Below, one piece after another: positions 1 through 12,104 of a DNA stretch of 64,000 nt; within the stretch, counting starts at the first letter, position 1; every line of letters starts with the position of its first letter. The translations under genes and the position numbers were made by a program. Source of the stretch: Rebecca billardiae RCC1528 (Eukaryota > Protista > Haptophyta). Below the pieces are notes generated by a model. It was given only the letters and a program-made list of their open reading frames with translations, searched no databases and was not told where the DNA came from. The stretch lies in the NCBI GenBank assembly GCA_965240325.2, contig OZ251245.1, forward strand, positions 1,178,001 to 1,242,000. Direction: 5' to 3'.

Positions 1-1469
1 GGCATGTGCCATTCGTCGCGACTCTTTTGGCGCAAGGCGCGGCGGCACTCGTTCGCGGCACCCGCCGGCGCCACACGCGGCGGCGCGCTCTCCACCGTGC
101 GCACCGCCGTGGCGTGCGCCATCGGCTCGCGGCGCGCCTCTGCACCGGCGGCGCTGCGTTGTGCGCCGCAGCTGCTGCACCCAAGCAGGGCTGCGGTGCA
201 GCCGGCGCACGCGTACCACCCGCGCCAAACCGGGCCGTGCACACGCTGCCCGCACACCGGCTTGAGCCGCGGCGCAGCTCGGACGTGGGCGTGGGCGTGA
301 AGACGCCCGAGCCAGTGCGCCCGCCTGGCCGTCAACGCTCAGCCGCGCGCGCCGTCGCCACCGTGAGCGTCGGCGTCGGCGACTCGCCACCGACGCTGAG
401 CGCCGCGGGCGTGGGCGCGGGCTCAGGCGCGCTGCCGCCCGCCGCTGTTGGCACGGCGCTCGACGTGTCGAGCGGGCGCAGGCACACCCCCTAGACGCGC
501 GCCAACTTGCTCGAATGCATCACGACGTCCCCAATGATGCCCGCCGCGCCGCCCGCGCGCGGCTCAATCCTCTTCTGTCTGGGCGGCCTCGCGCCCACGC
601 CACCGCGCAAGCGCGCGGTCGCGGCGTCAGCGCGGTACGCGGGCGCGCTCGTGCGCGCGAGCGGAGGCGAGCGGCGCAGGCCGGGCAGCGTGAGTGCCGC
701 ACGCCTGTGCGTCGACAGCGCCGCGGTCGTCCTCGGGCGCGGCATCGCCTCCAGCCTCAGCCTTGGCGGGGCTGCGCGCGCCTGCTCCTCCTCTGTCAAT
801 GCCAAGTATGGCACACGCCTTTGCCATCGTGCGCACGCGTGACGGCAGCAGCGCCCTGGCGCCATTCGCCCCCACTGGCTGCCCGCGCAAACACGGACGA
901 CCGCAGGCCGCTTCTCTGCCCACGCCCCACACGCGGCCTCCTCGTCGGGCGCATGAGACTGCCCGTGCAACAATGCGAATATTTGTCACCAAAGGCGCGG
1001 CAGCACGGCCCCACCCATCGGCTTTCTCCTCTTCGACCTTGTCGTCCGCCGTCTGTGTTTGATGTCGGCGAGACCCGGTCCGCTCATCATCAACACGCCC
1101 GGCCACGTATCAGTGCGGCGCTGGCCGCCGGCAGAGCCTACGACGCGCAGGCGCTGGCCGCCGGCAGAGCCTACGACGCGCACAGACTCGCGCTCTTGGA
1201 ACTCGACCATGTGAGCATGGCTCCGCCCATCAAGCCTTCGACTGGCCGTTCGAGCCGTGATGGCATGGTCGCGCTTGCCCGTTGCCGCCATCGGTGCGCG
1301 GCCGCCGGTGCAGCGGCAAAGTCGGGAGTAGATAACGCGTCTACTATTATTATGATTCATGGGCGGCTCAGCTTTTATTACAGATCGGGCTCGGTTTTGA
1401 TTACGAAAGATGGTTCTTTTGATCTTTTCCATATGTGGATGCACACATCAGCTACTGGCCGATATGCAA

Positions 1470-1715
1470 TTTTGGTGTTGCGACCCTACGCCAGCAAGTA
1501 CTTTAGTTATGCTTTTGGCGTTGCGACCCTGCGTCAGCGGGTATTTTGAATACGCTTTTGGCGTTGCGACCCTGCGTCAGCGGGTATTTTGAATACGTTT
1601 TGGCGTTGCGACCCTGCGTCACTTCTTGTAGCACCCAATATGCTGACCTTGCGTCAGGGGGTGTCGCCATAGGAGCCTTTTTCATAGTTTTTGATTAGAC
1701 GGGACCTTGCGTCAC
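1470..1715. repeat. ~43-bp tandem repeat (about 4 units) plus two dispersed copies of the core GACC(C/T)TGCGTCA
   Basis: TTTTGGCGTTGCGACCCTGCGTCAGCGGGTATTTTGAATACG repeats at ~1470-1622; the core recurs at ~1646 and ~1703; AT-richer than the genes. Confidence 0.85.
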
Positions 1716-1805
1716 TCGCCCCCGGTACTTAAGGGTCTGCCTTTCGGGAGGATCGGCCCCGACTCCCGAGAACGCGAACCCGACGAAGACGTCAAAAGAC
1801 GATCG

Positions 1806-2942
1806 ATGGCGGACAGCCACCCGGCCGAGCTCTTCGTGCGATACGTGCAGCCGTGGCTCCCCGACCTGCTGCTCCGGCTGCTGGTGCGCGCGGCGTGCTA
1901 CTTCGCCTCGGCGCTCACCTTCTTCGAGCGCTGGCCGCAGCAGGAGTTCGAGCTCGTCGAGCGGCTGAAGGCGCAGAGCGCGGAGCACGCGGCCGCGCAA
2001 GAGGGCGGCGGCGGCGGCGGCGGCGCGGCCGCGGAGCTGATCGCGGTGGAGACGGCGGCGGCGAACGCGCAGCACTACGAGGTTCCAACCGCCTTCTTCG
2101 AGGCGTGCCTCGGCCCGCGCCTCAAGTACTCCGCGTGCGAGTGGCCCGCGGGCGTGTCCACCCTGCGCGGCGCGGAGGAGCACACCCTCGACAAGTACGT
2201 GCGCATGCTCGGCGTGGCGGACGGCGAGCGCGTGCTCGACATCGGCTGCGGCTGGGGCAGCTTCACGCTGTACGCCGCCGCGCGCTTCCCCCGCGCCGAG
2301 TTCGTCTGCTTCTCCAACTCCGCCACGCAGCGCGCGCACATCGCGGCGCGCGCGGCCGCGCTCGGCCTGGGCAACGTGCGCGCCCTCCGCCTCGACCTGA
2401 ACGAGCTGAGCGCGGAGGCGCTGGCGGCGCGCGGCGTCGCGGGCCGGCCGTTCGACCGCGCGATCGCGTGCGAGTCCCTCGAGCACGCGCGCAACTACGC
2501 CTCGCTCTTCCGCGCGCTCGCGCCGCTGCTCGCGCCGCGCGGCGCGCTGCTGGTGCAGATCCTGGGGCACAGGGAGGCGAGCTGGCTCATGTCCGGCTCG
2601 TCTTGGATGGGGCGCAACTTCTTCTCGGGCGGGACGGTGCCGAGCATGCGGCTCTTCGCGCTGTTCAGCGAGCACCTCCGCGTCACGCGCGCGTGGGCGG
2701 TGGACGGGCGCGAGTACGCGCGCACGCTCGACGCGTGGCTCGGCCGGCTGTACGCGGAGCGCGGCCGCTGCCTGCGCGCGCTCGGCGCCGAGCGCGAGCC
2801 GTCGGAGGCGCGCCACCGGTATGAGAAGTGGCGCACGTTCTTCGTGGTGTGCTCCGAGTGCTTCGGCATGCTCGGCGGGCGCGAGTACATGGTGGGCTAC
2901 CTGCTCATGCAGCGCGCGGACGCGCCCGTCACCGCGGCCTGA
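1806..2942 (+). CDS. SAM-dependent methyltransferase, cyclopropane-fatty-acyl synthase / coclaurine N-methyltransferase-like
   Basis: Motifs ANAQHYEVPTAFFEACLGPRLKYSAC, VLDIGCGWGS (motif I), WMGRNFFSGGTVPS, YARTLDAW; ATG at 1806; no intron needed. Confidence 0.92.
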   Translation: MADSHPAELFVRYVQPWLPDLLLRLLVRAACYFASALTFFERWPQQEFELVERLKAQSAEHAAAQEGGGGGGGAAAELIAVETAAANAQHYEVPTAFFEACLGPRLKYSACEWPAGVSTLRGAEEHTLDKYVRMLGVADGERVLDIGCGWGSFTLYAAARFPRAEFVCFSNSATQRAHIAARAAALGLGNVRALRLDLNELSAEALAARGVAGRPFDRAIACESLEHARNYASLFRALAPLLAPRGALLVQILGHREASWLMSGSSWMGRNFFSGGTVPSMRLFALFSEHLRVTRAWAVDGREYARTLDAWLGRLYAERGRCLRALGAEREPSEARHRYEKWRTFFVVCSECFGMLGGREYMVGYLLMQRADAPVTAA

Positions 2943-3365
2943 GTTGCGGCGGGGCGCGCGCGGCGAGCACGGTCCGCCACGCGAGACGCTCAGACGGTGA
3001 GTGGCACGTTTCTCGGACGTTTGGCGTTCCGATCAACACTGGCAGTCACCAGTCCCGCCGCAGGTGACGGCCTTCGACTTCCTCAGCAAGTGCAATGGCC
3101 AGCCCACGGGTCGCGGCGCGGCCCGCGGCCGCCGCCCTGCCGCCGTCGCCGGCGCAAACAACTGTTAGTCTTAGCGGGTGGTGGGGCACACGCGACAAGC
3201 GGGGGCCGCCATGCTGAATGCGCGCCGCTCCACCCGCCAGAGCTCTCCGGAGCATCGGCTCTCCTCTGCTCGCTTCTCGCACGTCGGCCACTCGGCACTC
3301 GCTCAACGCCTCGTCGGGCGGCGCCCGGCGCGCACCGCCTCCTTCTCGCGCGGCGCGCGGGCGCG

Positions 3366-6322
3366 ATGGACCTGTTCGGCTCGGTGAGCGACACGGCGTC
3401 GGGGCTGCTCAGCACGGTGCAGAGCACGCTCACCGACCAGCTCCAGGAGATCGAGCGCGAGAAGGAGGCCATCCGCCAGCGCAACGTGGCGCGCGAGCAG
3501 CGGCTTGCGGCCGCGAGCCCGCCGGATGCGTCGGCCGGCGGCGACGGCGGCGGCGGGAGCGGCGCGAGCGGCGGCGGGAGTGGTGGGAAGAAGGCGGCGC
3601 AGCAGGCGAGCTGGGACGACGACGACGTGTGGGCGCCGCAGCCCACGCCGCCCTTCACGCCCAAGGCCGGTCCGACGCCCACGGCAGCGCTGGGCGCACC
3701 AGAGGTGTCTCGGGCGCGCGCGCCCCCGCCCGCCGCGCCGCCCGGCACGGGCGGCGCGCCGTCGGCGACGGCGTGCCCGCCGTGGTCCTCCCCGCCGTCC
3801 CGCGCGTCCGCCTCGGCCAAGCCCGCCAAAGCCGGCGCGGACGGCGCGCGCGGCGGCGGCGCGTCGTGCGCGCCGCCCGGCGGCGCGGGCTGCGTGCCCG
3901 ACGGCGGCGGCAGCGGCGGTCTGCACTCGATGTGCAGCAGCGTGCTCGAGCGCGCGGCGGCGGCGGCAGGCGCGGCGGCGGACGCGGCGGAGGCGGCGGG
4001 CTCCGTGCCCTCCGAGCTCCTCAGCCTGCTCGCCGACGACGGCAGCGCGCCGCCGCCGAGCTCGCAGCGCGCCGGCCGCGGCCGCGGCGGCGGCGGCGGC
4101 GGCTCGGCCGCGGGCCGCGGTGTCGGTGGAAGCGGCGCGGCGCGGGCGAAGAAGGAGGCGGCCGCGGCGGCGGAGCTCAAGCGGCTCAGCGCCGCCGCCG
4201 ACTTTGAGAAGGCCCGCGCCGACTCGGAGTCCGCGCGCGCCGACGCCCTCGTTCTCGAGCTGCGGGCGGCGCGCGCCGCCCTGGAGGACGCCAGCGCACT
4301 GCATGGCGACGAGCTGGCCACCGTGCGCGGCGCGGCGGCGGCGCGGGCGAAGGCGCTCGCGGCGGAGGCGGCGGCGGCGGCGGAGGCGCGGCGCCAGGCG
4401 GAGGCGCGCGCGGACGCCGCGGAGGCCGCGCTCGCCGCGGCGCGCGCCGGCGCGCCCGGCGCCGAGCCCGCCGCGGCCGCGGCGGGGCCGGGCGGCGCGG
4501 ACGCCGGCGCGGCGGTGGCGGCGGCGACGGCGGAGCTCGAGGGGGCGCTGGCGGAGCAGCGGCGGCGCGTCGAGGTGCTGGAGGCGGAGCTCGGCCAGGC
4601 GCGCGCGCGCGCGGCCGAGGCTGACGCGCGCGCGGCCGACGCCGCCGCGCTCGCCCCGCAGCGCGACGAGGCGCGCGCGGAGGCGGCGGCCGCGGCCGAG
4701 CGCGCGGCGGCCGCGGAGCGGCGCGCGGCCGCGGCCGAGGCGGCGGCGAAGGCGGCGAAGGTGGAGGCGCAGCGCGCGAAGGAGCGGCGCGCGGCGGAGG
4801 GTGCGGCGCGCGCGAGCGCCCCGCGCGCCGACGGCGCCGAGCCCGACGCCGCCGCCGCCGCCGCCGCGGACGCGGCCGCGCGCGCGGACGCGGCCGAGGC
4901 GGAGTCGGAGGACTTGCGAGCGCGCCTCGCGTCTGCGGAGGTGGCGGCGCGCGCGGCCGCGGGCGAGGTCGGGCTGGCGGCGGCGGCGCGCGACGCGGCG
5001 GTCGCGGAGGCGTCGGCGCTGCGCGAGACGGTGCGCGCGCTCGAGGACGCCGCGCGGCACGCCGCCGCGGAGACCGCCGAGGCGCGCGACGCCGCCGCCG
5101 CGGCCGCGGCCGAGGCGGCGGAGGCCCGTCAGTGTGACGGTCACGCCGAGGCGGACGCGCGGCGCGCGCTCGAGGCGGTGCACGAGGAGAGCGTGGGCGC
5201 GCTGCGCGCCGAGCTGACGGACGCGCGGTCGGAGGTGAAGGCGGCGCTCGCGGAGAAGAAGCGCGCGATGGCGCTGCTCCGAGCCGAGATCGCCTCCGCC
5301 GAGGCCGACGCCGCCGCCGCGGCCGACGCGGCCGCGCACGCCGCCGCCGCGCTCGCCGCGCCCGCCGCCGCGCCGCCTCTGCTGTCCGCGTACGCGCGCG
5401 CGCTCGTCGTCAAGTACGTGAGCATGGGGGACGAGCACCACGAGCAGCTGTTCCCCGCGCTGGCGACGGTGCTCGAGCTCACCCCCGACGAGCGCGCGCA
5501 GGTCTCCCGCGCGCGCACCGAGCGCTCCGCCGCCGAGCAGGTGCGCGAGCTCTCCCGAGGGGCCCTCTCAGGCTTCCTCGCGCTGGCCGCAGAGGCGCCC
5601 GCTGAGGAGAACCTGAGGCACGCGCTGCGCCGGCTGCAGACGGACGTGGCGGTGACGCAGCGCAGGCTGGACGAGGCGCTCGGCGCGAAGGCCGAGGCGG
5701 AGGCCGACGCGCGCCGCTGGCGCGACCGCTGCGACGCCGCGCTCGCCGCCGCGCGCGAGGGCGGTGGCGCGTCTGCCGCCGCCGCCTCCGCCTCGGCCTA
5801 CGGCAGCGGGCTGCTGGGTGTGCTCACCGGCGGCGGTGGCGACGCGCCGCGCGGCCGCGTGCAGGACCTGGAGGGGCGGCTGCACAAGGTGCGGCGCGCG
5901 CGGCGCCCCCGCCGGCGGGGCGCGCGCCACGCCGCCGCGCGCTCACGCCACGCCCGCCCCACGCCCGTGCGCGCTGCGTGCGCGCGCTGCGTGCGCGCGC
6001 TGCGTGCGCGCCGTGCGCGTGCGTGCACGCGGCTGCGCGCGGCTGCGCGGCTGCGTGTCTGCCTGCCGTGCGCCGTGTGCGCGCGCAGCTCACGCAGGAG
6101 CGGCGCGAGGAGCGGGAGGCGTGGGAGTACATGCGCTCGCTCATCGTGCAGTACGTCGAGCTGGGCAGCGGGCACGACGGCGCCGCCGCGCGCAGGCAGC
6201 TCATCCCCGCGCTCGGCATGTGTCTCCGGCTGGACGACGCGGAGAGACAGAGGCTCGAGGCGGCGAGCGCGGCCGCGGACGCGAGCGGCGTCGCGGGCGC
6301 GCTGCTCCGCCGCTTCTTCTGA
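3366..6322 (+). CDS. GRIP-domain golgin-like coiled-coil protein (intron 5889-6088)
   Basis: Long A/E/R coiled coil; two GRIP-like segments AYARALVVKYV..EQLFPALATVLELTPDE and EYMRSLIVQYV..RQLIPALGMCLRLDDAE; a GT-AG intron joins HK to LTQE in frame. Confidence 0.8.
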
Positions 6323-7005
6323 GCTCGGGCGCGTGCGTCCCTGTCGCGGGGGCTCGGGTGGGGCGGCGCGGCGCGGTGCGCGGGCGAGGCACGCGTCGGG
6401 GCGCCGATCTGCTGCGCGCGACGCCGGCCGTCAGTTGTCCCCGGGGCCGGGCGGGGCGCGGCGGGAACTCGGCGCGAACGGCGCCAAGCAGGCAAGCAGC
6501 AAAGCAGGCGGGCGGCTGTCGAATCGACCGGCGCCCGCCGCGGCGCTGCCAGCAGGAGTTGCCGCGCTGCGCTGATGATCGATCCGTACTACGTACGTAT
6601 CGCGTCGTATAGCGCAGCAGTATATATAATATATATGATGATGACGACGACGACAGCAGTCGTATAGCAGTAGTCGTACTATATACTGCTCGCGCGCGTA
6701 ATAATAATAATAATACCGCCAAGTACTCATCACTCTCGGTACTGATCATGATGCCAGTGATGCCATGATTCATGAACGGGCCAAGGCGGCGCGCCTGGCG
6801 CCGACCGCTGCGCGCGCCCACGCCAGTCCCTGCTGCCCCCCTCCACGAGGACCGAGACTCGCCCCCGGGCGACGCCTTGGACGACGAGGAGGCACCGCAG
6901 CAGCGGACGAAGCGCATTCTGGACGACGCCGCCGCGCCAGCCGCCGCCAGCCAGCCAGCTGGATCGCGCGGCAAGCGCAGCGTCCGCGACCGCCCGGGGA
7001 GCACG

Positions 7006-7153
7006 GGGCAGGCTCGACCAGCTGCTACCACTTACCAGCGGCTGAGACTGCCAGCAGACATCCGGACCTGCGCCCTCGCCCTCGCTCGGAGCACAGCAGG
7101 ACCTGCTGCAGCTGGCAGTCTCAGCCGCTGGTAGCAGCTGGTCGAGCCTGCCC
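7006..7153. repeat. Hairpin-forming inverted repeat, 43-bp arms, ~55-nt loop
   Basis: 7006-7055 is the reverse complement of 7111-7153 apart from a 7-nt insertion in the left arm. Confidence 0.9.
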
Positions 7154-7271
7154 TGAGAGTGCGCAGTCGATCGCTCCCGTCAGCTCGGCAGCACCGCGCC
7201 GCGCCTGCCGCGCCGCGGGCTCGCCCAGCTGCGCGCGCGTCGAGCATCAGGCCGAGTGCACCCCGGCCTCG

Positions 7272-8132
7272 CTATGCGGACATGGCCGGCGCGCCGCGGC
7301 CAGGCGCCGCGCCCGTTTCACCGCCGTCGCGCCCGGGCGGCGGCGGCGGCGGCTCGGCGCTGCCAGCGTCGGCAGCAGAGCTCAACGGAGCGGCCGCGCC
7401 GCCCGGCAGCCCCAGGGAGAGCTGGCGGCCCGCGACGATGGGCGCGGCGTAGAGCCAGCCCTCGACCGCGTTGACGCACGCGGACGGCAGCGTGAACGCG
7501 CCGATCAGCCCAAGCGCCGCCGACGAGAGCGCGAGCGACCAGAGCGACAGCATCACGTCCAACACCTGCCCGGGCACGCTGGACGGTGTCACGGCCGTGA
7601 GCGGGTTGCCCAGCCCCAGCAGGTTGCTCAGCACGTAGAGGACGCCGTCGCGGGCGCCCCAGCCCTCGCCCGCGGCCATGAGCACGCCGAAGAGCGCGCC
7701 CACGCCGACCAGCACGGCGGGCACCACCGCGAACGTGAAGCCGAGGAACGCGCGCACGAGCTGCAGCGGCGTGGGCGGCGGTCGGTCGGGTGCGCGCCCC
7801 TCGAGCGCGCTCACCACCACCTGCGTGTACGAGACGGTGGCGACGCAGCCGATGATGGTGCCCATCACGCCGATGGCCCAGGCGGAGAGCAGCACGATGA
7901 TGCACGCGCCGACGATCGACTCGGGCGCGACGTTCGTCAGCGGCGTCGCGAGGCCCGCGACCGTGCCGAGCGTGAACAGGATCCCATCCCACGGCGCCCA
8001 CTCCTCCGCGAGCGCGAGCAGGCAGCCGAAGACGACGCCGAAGAAGAGGGTGAAGAGCGGCACGACCACGATGGCGAACACGAGCAGCAGGGCGAGCTTC
8101 GCCCACGGGCTCGCCGTGGCCAGCTCCGCCAT
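7272..8132 (-). CDS. Two-pore-domain (4TM/2P) K+-channel-like protein with atypical filter
   Basis: Duplicated TM-pore helix-TM unit: WDGILFTLGTVAGLATPLTNVAPESIVG and RDGVLYVLSNLLGLGNPLTAVTPSSVPG. Confidence 0.75.
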   Translation of the reverse strand: MAELATASPWAKLALLLVFAIVVVPLFTLFFGVVFGCLLALAEEWAPWDGILFTLGTVAGLATPLTNVAPESIVGACIIVLLSAWAIGVMGTIIGCVATVSYTQVVVSALEGRAPDRPPPTPLQLVRAFLGFTFAVVPAVLVGVGALFGVLMAAGEGWGARDGVLYVLSNLLGLGNPLTAVTPSSVPGQVLDVMLSLWSLALSSAALGLIGAFTLPSACVNAVEGWLYAAPIVAGRQLSLGLPGGAAAPLSSAADAGSAEPPPPPPGRDGGETGAAPGRGAPAMSA

Positions 8133-8969
8133 GTCGGGCCGTTGGCCGCCTCCTCACTGCGCAACCCCCGCCGGCGCCATCGTTTCCCTGGACCGGGACG
8201 GTGCGTTTGCCTGCTGGGGGCCTCATCAGTCGGTTTCCCCCCCGCTTGGCGCTTGGCGCTCGTCAGCCTCGTCTTACTGGGCGGTGACAGTTGGCGGCCG
8301 TCAATCTCGCCTGCCTGAGCTGTGTGCGTCTCTTACTCTTAGTAACTGTACAACCTGTGCACGCTGTGGAGCAGCGGGTACCGGGGCGACGCGCGCGTGC
8401 GCACGATCGGAAGCGCCGCAAACGCGTGCGCCGTCTCCGACGTGTTGCAGAAGCTGAAGCACGCGCACGCCGCCGGCGCGAGCGCCACGCCCGTCGCCGT
8501 GGCGCTCAGCCAGGCGTATGCGCACGCGAGCACGCGCCCGCTCGTCCTCGCATCCATCGGCAGCGGGAGACGACGACGACGAGCGGCTCGCGCGAGAGTC
8601 TTGCATCATGCATGCGCGCAGCCGCGCACGCGCATCTATTGCGAGGACGGGAGCGGGAGGAAAGCGGGGCGCAGCTTGCGCGGGCTGTGCATGTCGGGGA
8701 GCTCGTCGGACCCGCGCCGTCGTCGCCCGTACTAATATTCAGCTAGTAGCAGTATACTCACGTCGACGACTGCTACTGATGTACACAGGCGGCGGCAGGC
8801 TGCATTATCGCGATCATCAGTACATGCACTGTACAGTCGCCGAGGCTGGCGCCAGATCATATGCTCTCAATCAATGCTACTGCTCTGCTAGCAGCAGTAG
8901 TGGTGCTTGGACATGGGCGGAGGTCCAGGCTGGCGCGCCGCGTTTCTGAAAGGCTTGGCTTGCGAGCCG

Positions 8970-9940
8970 GCGAGATCGACACGCGGAGGACAAAAGAAAA
9001 TCATATTCCTGCTTCGTCGCACCAATAGACTAAACGAAGATCGGACGGAGATCGTGGTCTTCAGATGCAAGACCTGGAAGCCCCCCTTGGGAGTTTTCAG
9101 TTGGGGCTCTCAACGCGGCCCGGCGAGGCGGACTTCTTAGGATTCTGAGGATCCTAGAGCACGGGCGGCCGGCGGGCGAGCACACGACGCCGCCCTGCGG
9201 CGGGGAGCCGTCCGCGCCGTGCACGCTCACTGGCACCCACGTCTCCTCCGCCGCGCTGCTCGCCTCCCGTCCACGTCGTCTGACCGACGCCCGTCGGCAC
9301 GTGACGTTCACGTTGCCCACGTCGCGCTCTCAGTGGGAGCGCGACGAGCACGCCGCTGCCCGCACCCTTCGATGCTTTCCTCTTCGCATCGGGCGCGCTC
9401 GTGCTGTGGAGCCTGCGCGTGCAGGAGGAGGAGCTCTTTCTCAATCAACGTCGTGCGCGCCCGCCTTCATTCACGCTGCGCCGCGCGGAGGGGGAGAGCG
9501 CGCGCGGCTGGGCGCCCGCTCGGCCGGCTGCTGGGCTCGCGCAAGTCGGAAGTTCCGGCGCTCGACCTGACGCTCCCCAGCGAGGAGGCCGAACAGATGG
9601 ATGTCCCAGCTGCGGCTCACTGTGAGAGCAGCTTGTGGGAGCGGGCTCCTGCACGGCACGGTTTGTAAACAAGGTTGTCGACGCCCAGGGTGGGCTGGCT
9701 GCGGTGAAGCTCAGGGCGTCCACCGACACCAGCGCAGCCAGGCGTGAGGCCCGCCTTCTCAGGAAGCACAGGTACGCGTCCAAGGCGTTGCCTGGATGCA
9801 GCATGCAGCTCACGAGTGCGGCCTCGTCGCCCGCCGCACGGTGCGCCGTTCTACGCGGCCATGAACTCGTACGGAGGCACTCGCGGCGTACGCGGGTACG
9901 GTGGGGAGGGCAAGCACAGACTATGGAATTGTCATGTCTT
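8970..9940 (+). pseudogene. Degraded repeat carrying a protein-kinase N-lobe-like fragment (copy A)
   Basis: Homologous to 21410-22290 (inverted), e.g. CTTCGTCGCACCAATAGACTAAACGAAGATCGG; translates to NKVVDAQGGLAAVKL..ARREARLLRK; frameshifted. Confidence 0.6.
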
Positions 9941-11273
9941 ATCACTCTGGCATCGAATCCAAGGTCAGCCCGGGCAGCACGCTCGCGGCAGTGCACGCCG
10001 CTGGGTTCACCAAATCGGCCGAGGCCCGTGCAGACTCGTGACGATGCCGAGTTGGCGAGTTATTGCAGCGCCGGTGCGCACGGCGCCCCGCGTCAAAGGG
10101 AATTGAGTCAAAGGCCCGACGACTCTTGGGAGCTTGGCACTAGACGGACGACAGCGCGGTGGGCGTCGTCGTCACTCTGCTGCCCGCCAGTCACTCAATA
10201 TACAGATGACGATCATCATCAGAGCATGCAGTCACCGCGTGTCGAACTATCGCGATTGGCGAGTGCCGCCGCCGGACCAGACTCATGTCCCATCACGGGA
10301 TTACGGTGCCGCATCACGTCTCGGACGGATACTCGGATCTAGCAGTAGCAATAGCGCCAGCAATTCATCTACGACTTCTAGCGCCGGTCCGACCGGCGGC
10401 GGAGACGTTCCGCCGGCGGCGACAGAAGTGGTGACGCCGCCCGCACTGATGGCGCAGCGCCCGGATCTGACACTGACTTCTGAGTCGGACTCGGATCGGG
10501 ATGAGGAATTCAGGAAGTAGGTGAACAACGACGAGTAATAATAACGGGCTAACAAGTGCGCGCGCGGGCCCGACGTCGGATGAGTCGTCGGAACGAATAG
10601 GCGGAATAACGTCCTGGAATCGGCACGACTCGGCGGCGCGCCACGGCCCGCCGGTACTACTACACGGTCCGATAGTTATACCGCCGTTATTATAGCAGTA
10701 CGTACGCGGCCGTATAGTCGACGACCGGTAGTCGTCGTCGCCGAGCGATCATTCGCGGCGAATCAACACGCGCGGCTCACCGCCCGGCAAAACAAGCGTT
10801 GCACTCCACGCTGTGATCCTCTGGCCCGGTCTTGAGGACGTCGCCGCATAACTCCATCAGCTCAAATGCGACCTGCGGGAGGTGAAAACGGCACATGCCG
10901 CGGACGCCAGGCCCGAACGACATGATGAGCTTGCCCGCCGCGGACCGGCCCGCCACCACCCTTTTGATGTGCATCCGGCCGATCGACTGCGCAGCGAGTC
11001 TGGCCACGCAGAGGCAGCGTCGTGAAAGGCGTCGCCATCGTCTTCATCCATGTCACCGTCACCGTCGCAAGAGCCGTGGTGAGCGCCTATAGGAAGGCCG
11101 GCGACCCCAACCTGCGGCGCGACGCAAGCCCGGCGGGCCTGCCGTGTACAGTACAGTGGCCGGGCCCGCATCACAGAGCTGCAGTGTTGGTCGGCTGGAG
11201 TTGAATACGATGCCTGGTCTTTCAGCCCATCTCCCAATCCCCAATCCCACTTGAGTTGCGACCATCGCCAGCC

Positions 11274-11990
11274 CAAGGGCCGTAAGGGCACCCAACTCCC
11301 AGTGCGGAGGTTGGGGCGCCTCTGTTGTGCTCGCCTCCGTGAGTGCCCGCGGTGAGTGGCCCGTCGCCGAAGACGCGGGAGGCGAGGGTGCGGGCATGAC
11401 GGGGCGCCGCGGCGGGCGGCGCGCGGCGGGCGGCGCGCGGCGGGCGAGGCGGACAGTGCTGATGGCGAGGCGGAGGTGGAGGCGGAGGTGGGGGCGAGCC
11501 GAGCGCAGCTCGGCTGAGGCCACCGGACGCGCGACGAGTCGAGCAGCCGACCGCCGGGAACGGAAGTGAGTCAGGCGGACATGGAGGCTGCCCGTAGGGG
11601 CCTACAAGCCAAAGTGCGGGCGGGCGCCCACGCTTGCCCCTGCGTGCCCGGTGCAAGCAGCCCGAGCGCTCCGTTTGCTGCTGGCGCGCACGGCACGAGT
11701 GAGCTCGCGCGCCGCGTTGGCAACTGCCGATTGCACGGGCCGAGAGGCGAAAGAGGCGAGCCTGGCGGACTCACGCGCGTGTCAGGAGAGCCTTGACCCG
11801 CGCCGCTCAGCGGCGAGCCGTCCGGGTTCGGCATCGCCGCCAGTCATCCAGGCAGAGCGCTCGACGTCGCGCCCTCGCGCAGCGTTTGAAGCACGCCGGC
11901 CGGACGCGAGTCGCGAGGCCACGAGACAGACAGAGGCACCTCAACCTCCGAGCTGGCCGCACTGGGAGTTGGGTGCCCTTACGGCCCTTG
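11274..11990. mobile_element. Non-autonomous DNA transposon (MITE), P-element-like
   Basis: Perfect 34-bp TIR CAAGGGCCGTAAGGGCACCCAACTCCCAGTGCGG; 7-bp direct repeat GCCAGCC on both flanks (11267-11273, 11991-11997). Confidence 0.88.
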
Positions 11991-12104
11991 GCCAGCCGCC
12001 GTCTTCGCCATCAGCGTCGGCGGCTAGCTGCCTTGAACCTCACGGAGCCAGCGAGCCAGCGGCTCCCCTTCGCTTTGACGCGCTCTACTCGAGTCTCGAC
12101 CCGA

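Noticed and set aside
1-1300. Possible gene on the minus strand (491-973, 627-1106) and a 33-bp tandem duplication near 1118-1182
   Set aside because: No domain or convincing splice model; cannot be supported.
1470-1622. CRISPR-like array
   Set aside because: Units are tandem with no unique spacers, there are no cas genes, and the context is eukaryotic.
10777-11230. Coding-like fragments (also ~8400-8600 and ~24000-24100)
   Set aside because: Short, frameshifted and unidentifiable; probably captured or decayed fragments.
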